From assembly GCA_038213805.1 (NCBI GenBank), contig JBBQSO010000005.1:1-64000 (forward strand): DNA of 64,000 bases, read 5' to 3'. Positions 34,761 to 44,444 of the stretch are shown piece by piece. The DNA comes from Planctomycetota bacterium. Its GTDB lineage: Bacteria > Planctomycetota > UBA11346. Every line of letters starts with the position of its first letter. Within the stretch, counting starts at the first letter, position 1. The notes beneath the pieces were generated by a model. It saw only the letters and a program-made list of their open reading frames with translations. It was not told the DNA's origin and did no database searches. The translations under genes and the position numbers were made by a program.

Positions 34761-37700
34761 GGCGCTCCGGCGAGCGGGCGCCAGGTCTGGTGCAGCCACC
34801 ACGGGCCGTCGCCGCCGTCGGTGATGTCGCCGCACTGCGCGCGCACCAGCAGCGGCGTCAGCAGCGCGCGCGTAGGCGCCGGTTCGAGCCGCGCGACGCC
34901 CAGCCACTCGTGCTCGGCCCCGGCGAGCTTGACGCTTGCGGCCAAATGCCAGGCGCCGGTGCCGCCGAACTGCACACCCTTGCCGGAAATGCTGACCAGG
35001 TCGCCCGCCAGTTCGAGCGGACCGTCGCTGTCGTTCAGGCGCACCTCAAGGTGCTCGCCGTCCTCGGGCAGGCGCGCGAACACCAGCACCGCTCCCTTGA
35101 CGCGCGCCACCGCGTAGGCTGCCTTGCCGACCACTTGCCAGGCCAGCTTGGGTTGGACGGCCGTGGCGAGCGCGGTGAGGTCGGCGTTGTCGCCGACCGT
35201 CGGGCACGGCAGCGTGGCCGCGGACGCAGGCAGACTAGGCGCGGTCTGGCGCATGCCGGTTGGGCCGGCGATCAGCAGCGCGCCGCCGGGCAGGGCCTGG
35301 GCGTCTTCGGTTGCCGCGATCACTCGCGCCTGCAGCACGTCGCCGCTGGGCGCGCCGAGCAGCATGGCGCTGAGCTCCTGATTGGCGTCGCCGAGCACGC
35401 AGCACACGCCCTCGGCGCCGGCGCGCAGGTGGCGCAGCTCAAGCCCGCGCGGCAGGCGCCGTTCCCACGCGACCGCGCCGCCGGGCAGGGTCAGGCAGGC
35501 GACGCTCTGGCTGTGGTCGTCGCGGCGGACGTGCAGGTAGAGGCGCGAGCCCTGCAGGTCGAAGGTTTCGATCGCCGGCCAGTCGCCGAAGCGCCGCCGC
35601 ACCACGCCGCTGAAGCGGTCGAGGGTGACCAGCTGGTGGGCGTCGTCGAGCAGGTAGACCGCGTCGCCGACCGCGGTGATGATCGCGGTGGCGGGGCGCT
35701 CGCTGCGCCAACGCGCCTTGCCCAGGCCGAGGTCCCAGCAGGCGACCGCGTCCTTGGCGCCGATCGCATAGCACACCCCGTCGCTGAGCACCGGCGCGGC
35801 GGCCAGGTCCTCGTTGAGCGAGAACAGCACGTGTCCGGTGGCGAGCTCGATGAGATCGACCTGACCGTGCTCGTCCTGCGGCAGCCACAGCAGGCTGTCG
35901 CCAAGCAGGCGCGCGTGCTTGAAGCTGCCCGCGCCGATGGGGATGCGCCACACCACGCGGGGTGCGGGCTGGGCATCGGGCCCGGCCTTGGGATCGGCAC
36001 GCACGTCGCGCGCGGCCAGGCACACCAGGTCGCCGGCCTCCTTGGTGATGATCAGGTCGTCCGCGGTCAGCAGCGGACGGGTCGGCCCATCGCGGTCGGT
36101 GATGGCCTCGACCGCGTAGCGGAACAGGCGCTTGCCGCTGGCCAGATCGATGGCATCGAACCAGGTGCCCTCGGGCACGCCGCGCTGGCCGGTCTGGGTG
36201 TCGATGGTCGGCCACGCCAGCACGGTGGTGGCGCTGACCGCGAGGGGTTCAACGCGCTCGCCGCCGAGCAGGCCCTTGAGCTCGATGGTCTTGCCATCGC
36301 GCAGCACGCTTGCGGTGAACGGCGCGCGTACCCCCAGGCTGGCGACCACGGCGCGCAGATCGCGCTCAAAATTGGTGGTCTTGTTGCCGTTGAATGTGGT
36401 CAGCACGTCGCCCGTTTGCATGCCGGCGCCGGCGGCGCTGCAGCCTTCGAGGACCTCGCCGATGGGGATGCCACCCAGGTCGGCGGCGACATCGCCGGGT
36501 GAGTAGCGCACGCCGAGCATCGGCCGGCTGGGCTTCCGCCACCAGGCCTCCTTGCCGTCGGCCAGGCGCACGCCGGTGAGGAAGCCGCTGTCGCAGCCCA
36601 CCGCCACGCCACCGCCCACCACCACGGTGCCGGTGCGGTGCCCGGCCTGCAGCCAGGCGGAGATCGGACCGGCCGGAGCGGGCACGGCGCCAGGCAGCGC
36701 GGCCGGAGCGAGCCAGGCTGGCACCGGCCCCTGATGCAGGCGCACCAGGCCAGCCTGGGCAAGGGCATGCGCGTCGACCCCCAGGCGGTCGCGCAGCTGC
36801 ATCAGATGGGTGGGCTGGGCGAGCGCAGCGCGATATTCAGTGGCGGCGCGCGCGCCGTCGCCAAGCAGTTCGGCGTGACGCGCGCGCCAGAACGCCAGTT
36901 CACCCTTGAGGCGGTCCTCGTGCGGGATCAGGGTCTCGAGCTGGGCGAGCACCGGCGGGAAGGCCTTGGCGTCGCCGGCGTTCAGTTCGAGCTGCTGGCG
37001 CACCAGGCGCGCCGCCTTCTCGGCGTACTCCTCGGGCGCACCGCGACGCAGCGCGGCGACGTACTGGGCGAAGGCCTGGACACGGTCGCCGCGCGCCTCG
37101 TGCAGCGAGGCGAGGCGCACCAGCGGCTGGTAGTCGTCGGGATGCGCGGCGGCGGCGGCAGTCAGGCGCTCGAGGAACGAGGCGCCCTTGCCGAAACCCA
37201 CGATCTTGGTGGCGAGCGCCGCCATCAGCAGGTCGGGGGTCACCGAGATCGTCACCGGCTGTTCGAGCGAACCGCGCACCGACAGGCGCTTGCCGTCGGC
37301 GAGGTCGAACAGCGTCAAGGTCTCGCGGCTGGCGACCAGCGCGCGCTTCTCGCCCAGGCGTCCCTGCAGGCCGCCGCGCGTATCGGCGGCCTGCGGGCCG
37401 TGGGCGCGCCCACCGTCGACGGCTTGGCTCCAGCGCGGGGTGTTGGTCTTGAGGTCGAGCAGCGTCACCTGGCTGCCGGCGATGAGCGCGGCGCCCGCGC
37501 CGACGTCCATCACCTGGCCGTTGGCGCCGTCACCCTGGTAGAACAGCGGCTGCGGATCGTCCGCGCCCAGCACCAGCACCAGGCCCTGACTGTCGGCCGG
37601 CGTCGCCACCGCGTAGGTCCCATCGCTGATGATGGCGCCGGCGCGCGCCAGCGTACGCGGCGTCGACATGCCGTCGTCGAGCTCCTCGGTCAGGCTCGGA

Positions 37701-38953
37701 TAGGACCAGATGCGCTGCACGTTGCCGTCGACTCCGACGCGCGCGAGCACGCCGTTGTTGGACAGCACCAGCAGGTAGCCGGCGTGCACGCACAGCGTCG
37801 GTGCGACCAGGCCCTGGGTCTCGCCCGACGCGAACATCTGGCGCGGCGCCGGAATGCGCGCGACCGTGATGGGGTTATTTGGCCACGCCGGTTCCCCGGT
37901 GTCGGCGCGGTAGGCGAACAGCTTGAGTTCCGCGCCGTCCTGGCCGATGGCGAGCGCCGCATAGGCGACCAGGCCATCAACCATCACCGGCGCCGACGGC
38001 GCGGGCATCGGCCCGAGCGGCGGCGAGCGCACCGCCCAGCGGTGCTCGCCGAGGCGGTTCAGGCAGCGCAGCATGACCACGTCGTTCTGCAGGCCGATGG
38101 CGACGAAGCCCTCGCGCCCGGCCGCCGGCTTGCACTGGTTGAGGGTCAGCTGGACGTTGCCGAGCGGCTGCACGTCGCCCTGGATGTGCCCGACCAGGTG
38201 GTCGAAGACGAAGAACCGGCGGCCGTCGCTGGCTGCGGACAGTTCGTTGCCGGTGGTGGTGATGACGAAGCGGTCGGCGGCAAGCGGGCTGCGGCGGGTG
38301 CGCAGCGCCGCGGTCTTGGCGCCGTTGTCGGGCACGTCGAGGGTCCACATCTCCTCGATGCTATCGAGGCTGGACGGCAGCTCGGGCTCGCCCTCGGGGC
38401 TGAGCATCTGATAGGCCGCGGCGACCCGCTTGGCGAGCAGCTTGTCTCCTGATTCGCCGGCGTGGCGCGCGCATTCCAGGTACTGACCGATGTGCCCGGC
38501 GTCCCAGGCCTGGTTGGCCAGGCGCTTCCATGCGGCGGTCGCCGCGCTGGTGCCGGGATAGGCCTGGGCGAAGCGGCGCAGCGGGCCGGTCGCGGCATTG
38601 GTCGCGGCCAGTTCGCGGAATTTGCGTTCGGCGATGGCGCCGAAGGCCTGGGTGAACTCGCCCATCAGGCCGAGCGTCTCGAGCTTGGCGGCGAGGATCT
38701 CGGCGAGGGGGGCGCACAGGTCGCCCTTGGTGATCAGCTTTTCCCCGTGCGCCGCGAGCAGGGTCTGCACCCGCTCCATCAGCACCGGCATGTCGCCGCC
38801 CTTCTTGCCCAGGTCTTCGATCAGCTCGTCGGCGTCGTGGCGTACATCCCAGGGCGTGGAGACGACCGGCTCGACGCCCATGACGAGCGGCGTAGTCGCG
38901 GTGCTGCCGGCCACCAGGGCCGCAAGCAGGGGGATCAGGGCGTACCGGGGCAC
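34757..38953 (-). CDS. Large secreted protein: PQQ-type beta-propeller - TPR - PDZ - beta-propeller
   Basis: Signal peptide; Trp-docking propeller repeats; TPR-like helices; PDZ-like LGVRY..EVLEGCSAAGAGMQTGDVLTTFNG. Confidence 0.75.
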   Translation of the reverse strand: MPRYALIPLLAALVAGSTATTPLVMGVEPVVSTPWDVRHDADELIEDLGKKGGDMPVLMERVQTLLAAHGEKLITKGDLCAPLAEILAAKLETLGLMGEFTQAFGAIAERKFRELAATNAATGPLRRFAQAYPGTSAATAAWKRLANQAWDAGHIGQYLECARHAGESGDKLLAKRVAAAYQMLSPEGEPELPSSLDSIEEMWTLDVPDNGAKTAALRTRRSPLAADRFVITTTGNELSAASDGRRFFVFDHLVGHIQGDVQPLGNVQLTLNQCKPAAGREGFVAIGLQNDVVMLRCLNRLGEHRWAVRSPPLGPMPAPSAPVMVDGLVAYAALAIGQDGAELKLFAYRADTGEPAWPNNPITVARIPAPRQMFASGETQGLVAPTLCVHAGYLLVLSNNGVLARVGVDGNVQRIWSYPSLTEELDDGMSTPRTLARAGAIISDGTYAVATPADSQGLVLVLGADDPQPLFYQGDGANGQVMDVGAGAALIAGSQVTLLDLKTNTPRWSQAVDGGRAHGPQAADTRGGLQGRLGEKRALVASRETLTLFDLADGKRLSVRGSLEQPVTISVTPDLLMAALATKIVGFGKGASFLERLTAAAAAHPDDYQPLVRLASLHEARGDRVQAFAQYVAALRRGAPEEYAEKAARLVRQQLELNAGDAKAFPPVLAQLETLIPHEDRLKGELAFWRARHAELLGDGARAATEYRAALAQPTHLMQLRDRLGVDAHALAQAGLVRLHQGPVPAWLAPAALPGAVPAPAGPISAWLQAGHRTGTVVVGGGVAVGCDSGFLTGVRLADGKEAWWRKPSRPMLGVRYSPGDVAADLGGIPIGEVLEGCSAAGAGMQTGDVLTTFNGNKTTNFERDLRAVVASLGVRAPFTASVLRDGKTIELKGLLGGERVEPLAVSATTVLAWPTIDTQTGQRGVPEGTWFDAIDLASGKRLFRYAVEAITDRDGPTRPLLTADDLIITKEAGDLVCLAARDVRADPKAGPDAQPAPRVVWRIPIGAGSFKHARLLGDSLLWLPQDEHGQVDLIELATGHVLFSLNEDLAAAPVLSDGVCYAIGAKDAVACWDLGLGKARWRSERPATAIITAVGDAVYLLDDAHQLVTLDRFSGVVRRRFGDWPAIETFDLQGSRLYLHVRRDDHSQSVACLTLPGGAVAWERRLPRGLELRHLRAGAEGVCCVLGDANQELSAMLLGAPSGDVLQARVIAATEDAQALPGGALLIAGPTGMRQTAPSLPASAATLPCPTVGDNADLTALATAVQPKLAWQVVGKAAYAVARVKGAVLVFARLPEDGEHLEVRLNDSDGPLELAGDLVSISGKGVQFGGTGAWHLAASVKLAGAEHEWLGVARLEPAPTRALLTPLLVRAQCGDITDGGDGPWWLHQTWRPLAGAP

Positions 38954-39149
38954 GCAAGGACGTTAAGTCGCCGTGCCGACATGGCCAGCGCCCTTCAGCG
39001 CTGCCATCGACGGCCGGGACAGCGCTGCGGAGTACGGGGTACAGCCTCACGCGACCCTCCGCACCCCGTACCTCCGACCACCAGAGTCCGTGCAGACCCC
39101 GGCTCCGGTGCCCCCTTGCCAGCAGGAGAGGACGCCGATCATCCCCGCC

Positions 39150-39716
39150 ATGCCCCAGTTCGGCGGATCCACGATCATCACGGGCGGGATCCGGCTCATC
39201 CTGATCGACTGCTTCGAGACCCTGGTCGAGATGCGCGGGCGCGCCTACCAGCCGCGCCAGGGCGTGAAGGACTTCCTCACCCACTACGCGAGCAAGGTCG
39301 GCATCCCGGTGGCCGTGGTCAGCGATGCCAACCTCGCTGCGGTCGAAGATGCCCTGCAGCAAGCCGGGCTCGCCACCTACATCACCCGCATCTACCACGC
39401 CGACAACGCCGCCGAGCGCCTGCCCGACGGCCGCGTGCGTAAGCGCCTCGACGTACCCCTGAGCGAGTTCTCGCTGCGCCCGGACCAGGTGGTCTTCGTG
39501 GGCGACAGTCCGCTCGACGCCGAGGCCGCGCAGCACCACCAGGTGCAGTTCATCCGCGTGCCGCGCAGCGAGGATGCGGCGTTCTCCTTCGCATCGCTGA
39601 TCACCGGCCCGAGCCGCTACCGCAGCCAGGAATTCCAGGCCACCTTCCTGAACCACTACCTGGAGCGTAAGCCGGGCGCGCCCGACGCCAAACCCGGTGG
39701 CGGGGACGGGAAGTGA
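39150..39716 (+). CDS. HAD-like hydrolase
   Basis: LILIDCFETLV (motif I variant), AVVSD, VFVGDSPLDAEAA. Confidence 0.75.
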   Translation: MPQFGGSTIITGGIRLILIDCFETLVEMRGRAYQPRQGVKDFLTHYASKVGIPVAVVSDANLAAVEDALQQAGLATYITRIYHADNAAERLPDGRVRKRLDVPLSEFSLRPDQVVFVGDSPLDAEAAQHHQVQFIRVPRSEDAAFSFASLITGPSRYRSQEFQATFLNHYLERKPGAPDAKPGGGDGK

Positions 39717-40423
39717 GCGGCGAGGCCGCCACCAAGCAGCATCCCGGCGATCTCGCGCCGCGCATCATGCAGGTGCTCGGCATCCTGGTGCTGCGCGCGA
39801 CCGCGCGCTTCCTCTATCGCACACTGGTACGCCGCGCCGGGCCGCTGCCCACCGGACCGTGCGTCTACGCCGCCAACCACCGCAGCTTCTACGATCCGCT
39901 GCTGGTCGGCATGTGCCACCGCGTGCCGGCCAGCTATTTCGCGCGCGACAGCTTGTGGCGCAACCCGATCATCGGCACCGTGCTGAACATCATGTACGGC
40001 ATCCCCATCGACCGCGTCAACCCCGGCATGTCGAGCATGAGCGGCGCGATCGACAAGCTGCGCCGGGGCATCCCGGTGCTGATCTTTCCCGAGGGCACGC
40101 GCACGCGCACCGGACGCGTGACCCCGCTGCGCGACGGTCCGGCGCTGTTCGCGCGCCGCGCCGGCGTGCCGATCGTGCCGGTCTACGTGCACCGCAGCGA
40201 ATTGGCCTGGCCGCGCGGATCCATCCTGCCGCGCCTGGGCGTGGCCGGCCTGCAGGTGCGCTTTGGCAGCCCCATCCGCGCCCCAGCCAACCTGCCGCCG
40301 CGCCAACAGGACGCCTGGGTGACGCGGCGCCTGCAGGCCTGGATGGAACTGCAGGAGCGCCGCTTGCTCGGGCCGCGCCGCCCCGTGGAAACCCCGGTGC
40401 AAGTTCCGGTTGTGGCCCATTGA
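39713..40423 (+). CDS. plsC: 1-acyl-sn-glycerol-3-phosphate acyltransferase
   Basis: ANHRSFYDP, IPIDR, IFPEGTRT, VPIVPV. Confidence 0.85.
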   Translation: MSGEAATKQHPGDLAPRIMQVLGILVLRATARFLYRTLVRRAGPLPTGPCVYAANHRSFYDPLLVGMCHRVPASYFARDSLWRNPIIGTVLNIMYGIPIDRVNPGMSSMSGAIDKLRRGIPVLIFPEGTRTRTGRVTPLRDGPALFARRAGVPIVPVYVHRSELAWPRGSILPRLGVAGLQVRFGSPIRAPANLPPRQQDAWVTRRLQAWMELQERRLLGPRRPVETPVQVPVVAH

Positions 40424-40448
40424 GGTGGCCGGTACACCCTCCGCTCCC

Positions 40449-42092
40449 ATGACCGATCCCGCGCCCGCCGTCGCTGTCCCGCCCGCCCCACTCCACGAGA
40501 CCTGGGAAGCGCGCCTGCCGGAATGGCAGCAGTGGCTCAACCGCACCTGCGAGAACTGGATCTTCGCCTTCATCGTCGCCATGGCAATCCGCCACTTTGC
40601 GATCGAGGCCTTCCGCATCCCGACCGCCTCCATGGAGCCGATGCTCTACGGCGATCCGGCCTTTGCGAAGAGCGACCACGTGGTGGTCGACAAGTTCCTG
40701 TTCCGCTTCACCGGGCCCAAGCGCTGGGACGTCACCGTCTTCCAGTTCCCGCAGCCCGAAATCGAGGGCCACGGCGGCGCCGACGCGGTCACTGCGTGGA
40801 CGTGGGACGACAAGCGTCTCGACGTGCCGATGCTGCGCCCGTTGATGTACCGCAACTTCGTCAAGCGTGCGGTGATCCTGCCAGGCGACATCTTCTACAT
40901 CAGCAACGGTGACATCTACCTCAAGCAGCCGGATGGCGGCTGGAAGGTCTCGCGCAAGCCCGAGGCGGCGCAGGAGGTGATCTGGCAGGAGGTCTACCGC
41001 AGCGGCGCGCAGGCCGGCTACCTGCCGTGGAACGGGGAGGGTGGCGCCAGCGCGACCGCCACCGGTTCCACCGTATCGCTCGCACTCGCGGAGGGTGGCG
41101 TGGTGCGCTTCACCCAACCGCTCCGCAACCTCTACCTGAAACCCGGGCCCTTTCGCGCGCGACCGGTCAGGCAGGGCGACGACGACCGCGACGAAGCCGA
41201 CCGCGGCTTCTACGACGCCGAGGCGGAGCAGGTCGAATTGAGCATGACCACGCCGCTGTTCAAGTACCACGGCCGCACCGGCAATGCGTGGGAACTCGAT
41301 CGCTGGGCGATCAGCCGCCTGACCAGCGCCGATCTCGACAACGGCTCGCATGGCACGCTGCTGAACAAGAGCATGAATGAATTCATCGGCGATGTGCGCC
41401 TGCGCGGCACGCTCGCCGCGCTGGCCGGCAGCGTCACGTTCCACCTCGATCAGGGCGATGCGCACGCCTACGCGCTCACGATCACCCCCGCTGGCTGGAG
41501 TGTCAGCGGGGACGGCAAGGAGCTCAAAGCCGGGAAAGCTGCGATGAGCGGCGCGCATCTGATATTCGCGCACCTCGACAACCAGATCTTCGTCCGCATC
41601 AACGGCGACGAGGTGGTGCGCGTCGACGTGGAGCCCGTCGACTCCGCTAAACGCCTTGCGCTCTCTTGGAGCGGCGTGGGCAGCGCGACGTTCTCCGAGC
41701 TCGCGCTCGACCGCGACGTGCACTATACCTCGTCGGGCTTCCTGCGCGACGACACCCGGCTCTACAAGTCCCAGGTCAAGGTCCTTGAGAGTGAGAACCG
41801 GCAGACGGAAGAGCTCGACGCTGCCGCGACCATGAAGCGCAACATCCAGGGGGTGCGTGCGCAAATGCTTGGAAAGGCGGTCGACGAGCTGACCCCCGCC
41901 CAGTTGTCGGGGCCGCTCGGCACCAGCCCTGGCAACGCCATCACGGCGCCCCTGGGCGCCTACCTGATGATGGGCGACAACAGTCCATTGAGCTGGGACG
42001 GCCGCAGCTGGGGCTGGGTGCCCAAGGAGAACCTGCGCGGGCGCGTCCTGGCGGTGATCCTGCCGTTCAGCCGTTGGCGCCTGGTGCGCTGA
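40449..42092 (+). CDS. lepB: Signal peptidase I with large insertion domain
   Basis: FRIPTASMEPML (Ser), RNFVKRAV (Lys), MMGDNSPLSWDGRSWG. Confidence 0.9.
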   Translation: MTDPAPAVAVPPAPLHETWEARLPEWQQWLNRTCENWIFAFIVAMAIRHFAIEAFRIPTASMEPMLYGDPAFAKSDHVVVDKFLFRFTGPKRWDVTVFQFPQPEIEGHGGADAVTAWTWDDKRLDVPMLRPLMYRNFVKRAVILPGDIFYISNGDIYLKQPDGGWKVSRKPEAAQEVIWQEVYRSGAQAGYLPWNGEGGASATATGSTVSLALAEGGVVRFTQPLRNLYLKPGPFRARPVRQGDDDRDEADRGFYDAEAEQVELSMTTPLFKYHGRTGNAWELDRWAISRLTSADLDNGSHGTLLNKSMNEFIGDVRLRGTLAALAGSVTFHLDQGDAHAYALTITPAGWSVSGDGKELKAGKAAMSGAHLIFAHLDNQIFVRINGDEVVRVDVEPVDSAKRLALSWSGVGSATFSELALDRDVHYTSSGFLRDDTRLYKSQVKVLESENRQTEELDAAATMKRNIQGVRAQMLGKAVDELTPAQLSGPLGTSPGNAITAPLGAYLMMGDNSPLSWDGRSWGWVPKENLRGRVLAVILPFSRWRLVR

Positions 42093-42333
42093 ATGCAAGC
42101 CTCCAGCCGGCTGGCCAGAGAGCGGGTTTTGCACGCTTTCTCCACCGAGTTTTTTTCTTGCCAGGTGGGATCCGCTCTCGCGAATAAATCCTCAAGCGTC
42201 TGCCAAGATTGCGTGAACGGAGTTGCAAAGGTATTTAGCACATGGCTTTGAATGCACACCTCCGATTGATCCAGGTAGGCGGGGTGATGCGAACGTTGCA
42301 TGCAACGAATGGTCAGCCTTGGAGTTATCCACA

Positions 42334-43053
42334 ATGACTCTGCTGACCGTTTCCGGCCTTTCGAAGCGTTTCGGCAGGCGCCAGGTGGTTTCGGGCGTGA
42401 ATCTCAACGTCTCGCCCGGTGAAATCGTCGGACTGCTCGGCGCCAACGGGGCCGGCAAGAGCACCACCTTCCGCATGATCGTGGGTCTGCTGCGGCCGGA
42501 GTCCGGCTCCATCACCTTTCGCGGCCACGACATCACCGGTCTGCCCATGGACGCGCGCGCCCGCATGGGGTTGGGCTACCTCGCCCAGGAGCCCACCGTC
42601 TTCGCCCAGTTGACCGTCGCCGACAACGTGCTGATCGTGCTCGAGCAGCACTACCCCAAGGCCGAGCACAAGGAGCGCCTCGAGCGACTGCTCGGCGAGC
42701 TCAATCTCGGTCACCTGCGCAGCAGCCTGGCGCGCAGCCTGTCGGGCGGCGAGCGCCGCCGCCTCGAGATCACCCGCGCCCTGGTGGTCGAGCCGCGCCT
42801 GCTGTTCTTCGACGAGCCCTTCGCCGGCGTCGATCCGAAGAGCCGCGCCGACATCACCAACATCTCCAACGAGCTGCGCCGCCGCGGCGTGGCCGTGCTC
42901 ATCACCGACCACCATGCCGAGGCCATCCTCGGGATGGTCGATCGCCTCTACGTGATGGAGTCCGGCAACATCCTGGCCGAGGGCACGCCGGAGCAGATCG
43001 TTGCGAACCCGGCGGTGCGCCGTGCGTACCTGGGGGAGGACTTCGCGCTGTAG
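42334..43053 (+). CDS. lptB: LPS export ABC transporter ATP-binding protein
   Basis: GANGAGKSTTF, GYLAQEPTVF, LSGGERRRLEI, DEPFAGVDP, LITDH, VRRAYLGEDF. Confidence 0.93.
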   Translation: MTLLTVSGLSKRFGRRQVVSGVNLNVSPGEIVGLLGANGAGKSTTFRMIVGLLRPESGSITFRGHDITGLPMDARARMGLGYLAQEPTVFAQLTVADNVLIVLEQHYPKAEHKERLERLLGELNLGHLRSSLARSLSGGERRRLEITRALVVEPRLLFFDEPFAGVDPKSRADITNISNELRRRGVAVLITDHHAEAILGMVDRLYVMESGNILAEGTPEQIVANPAVRRAYLGEDFAL

Positions 43054-43054
43054 G

Positions 43055-43355
43055 GGCTGACGGCCTACGGCTGGCGGCTGACAGCCGACAGCCGTAGGCC
43101 GATAGAACAAGGCGCGGAGACGCGGAGGGTGGATGAGGGAGAGGGGGGTGTGTGGGCTTGGTACTCCATGATGGCCCACGCATTTACGGTCCGATGCGCG
43201 CGGGACCCGCCAGGTCCTTTGATCAGGCCTGGCCCACCAGATCCCCAACGGTCTCCAAAGCCCATCCGATCCCGCGTCTCCTCCGATCTCCGCGTCTCCA
43301 TCCCTCCTGTTCTATCCGCTGTCGGTTGTCAGTTGCCAGCCGCCAGCCGCCAGCC
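43055..43355. repeat. Nested inverted-array element: degenerate GGCTGAC heptamer arms enclosing a GAACA...TGTTC octamer element
   Basis: About 7 heptamer units at 43055-43105 and about 6 complementary units at 43312-43355; GATAGAACA/TGTTCTATC 9-bp inverted junction; inner CGCGGAGA / TCTCCGCG units. Confidence 0.8.
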
Positions 43356-43401
43356 CTCCCTTCCCCCTTGCCCCGCCCACTTCCCCGCGACATTCCCCAC
43401 C

Positions 43402-44370
43402 ATGCCCGACCTCGACTCTTCGCGGGTGCACGCAGTCATCGGTGACAGCCTGCGCCTGCGTGACGAGGCGCTGGCCGCGCTGCTCGCGCAGTGGCGCGGA
43501 CCGGTGAAGCGCGTGGTCGAACCCGACGACCTCGGGCGCATCGTCCTCGATCTCGACACGCCCTCGCTCTTCGAGGAACCCGCGCTGTGGGTGGTGCGCG
43601 CCGAGGCGCGCTCACTGCGCCGCCACGCCGAGCAGCTGCTGCGCCTGGCCACCCCGGGCGAGGGCGGGCGGCTGGTGCTGGTGATGGCCGCCCCCGATAA
43701 GCCGGGGAAGGGGGCGGATGCCCTCGGTGCCCTGCTCAAGGCCCTCGATAAGCTTGGTGCCCGGCACCTGGTCGGGGCTCCGGATGGGAAGGAACTGTTA
43801 TCCTGGCTCCTTGCCCGCCTCACCGCCCATCCGCAGGGGGTCGATCGACCGCGCCAGGTCGCTGAGGCGCTGATCGCCCACCTTGGAAACGACACCGACG
43901 CCCTGCTTGGGGCGATCGACGTCCTGGCCATCCACGCGGGTGCCGGCCAACTCACCACCGCCGGGGTCGAAGCCGTGGTCAGCGGCGTCGGCGAACAGCC
44001 GATCTGGGAATTCACCGGCGCCGTCCTGGACGGCAACGCCGGCAAGGCCATCGGCCTGCTGCACGCGGGGGGGGGCATGGATGCGCAGCCGACGCTCTCC
44101 GCCCTGGTTGCGGAACTGCGCAAACTGATCGCCTGCACCGAGACCGCCGACGACGGCGAGGCGTTGGCCTGGATCAACGCCCGTGGCCGGCCGAACCTGT
44201 ATTACGCCCGCAGCCGCGCCAAGGCTCTGGGCCGCACCTGCCTGCTGCGTCTGCTCACCGGCGCGATATTGGCCCAACGCCAGTTGCGCCAGGGAGGTGC
44301 GGATCTCGAGCTGATCATAGAGACGCTAGTGCTTCACGCACAGCGCATCGTCCGTCCGGCCCGCCGCTAG
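43402..44370 (+). CDS. holA: DNA polymerase III subunit delta
   Basis: LDTPSLF motif, clamp-loader-like layout (ALIAHLGND, IWEFTGAVL), about 320 aa. Confidence 0.75.
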   Translation: MPDLDSSRVHAVIGDSLRLRDEALAALLAQWRGPVKRVVEPDDLGRIVLDLDTPSLFEEPALWVVRAEARSLRRHAEQLLRLATPGEGGRLVLVMAAPDKPGKGADALGALLKALDKLGARHLVGAPDGKELLSWLLARLTAHPQGVDRPRQVAEALIAHLGNDTDALLGAIDVLAIHAGAGQLTTAGVEAVVSGVGEQPIWEFTGAVLDGNAGKAIGLLHAGGGMDAQPTLSALVAELRKLIACTETADDGEALAWINARGRPNLYYARSRAKALGRTCLLRLLTGAILAQRQLRQGGADLELIIETLVLHAQRIVRPARR

Positions 44371-44444
44371 ATAGCAGTGGCGGGTTGCAAACCGCTGGCT
44401 TAACTGCGCTCCCGACCATCACGGCGAGTCGAGGGTACCGGGCC

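Noticed and set aside
42092..42334. Replication origin
   Set aside because: Only one DnaA box, no box cluster or clear unwinding element, and no dnaA/dnaN nearby.
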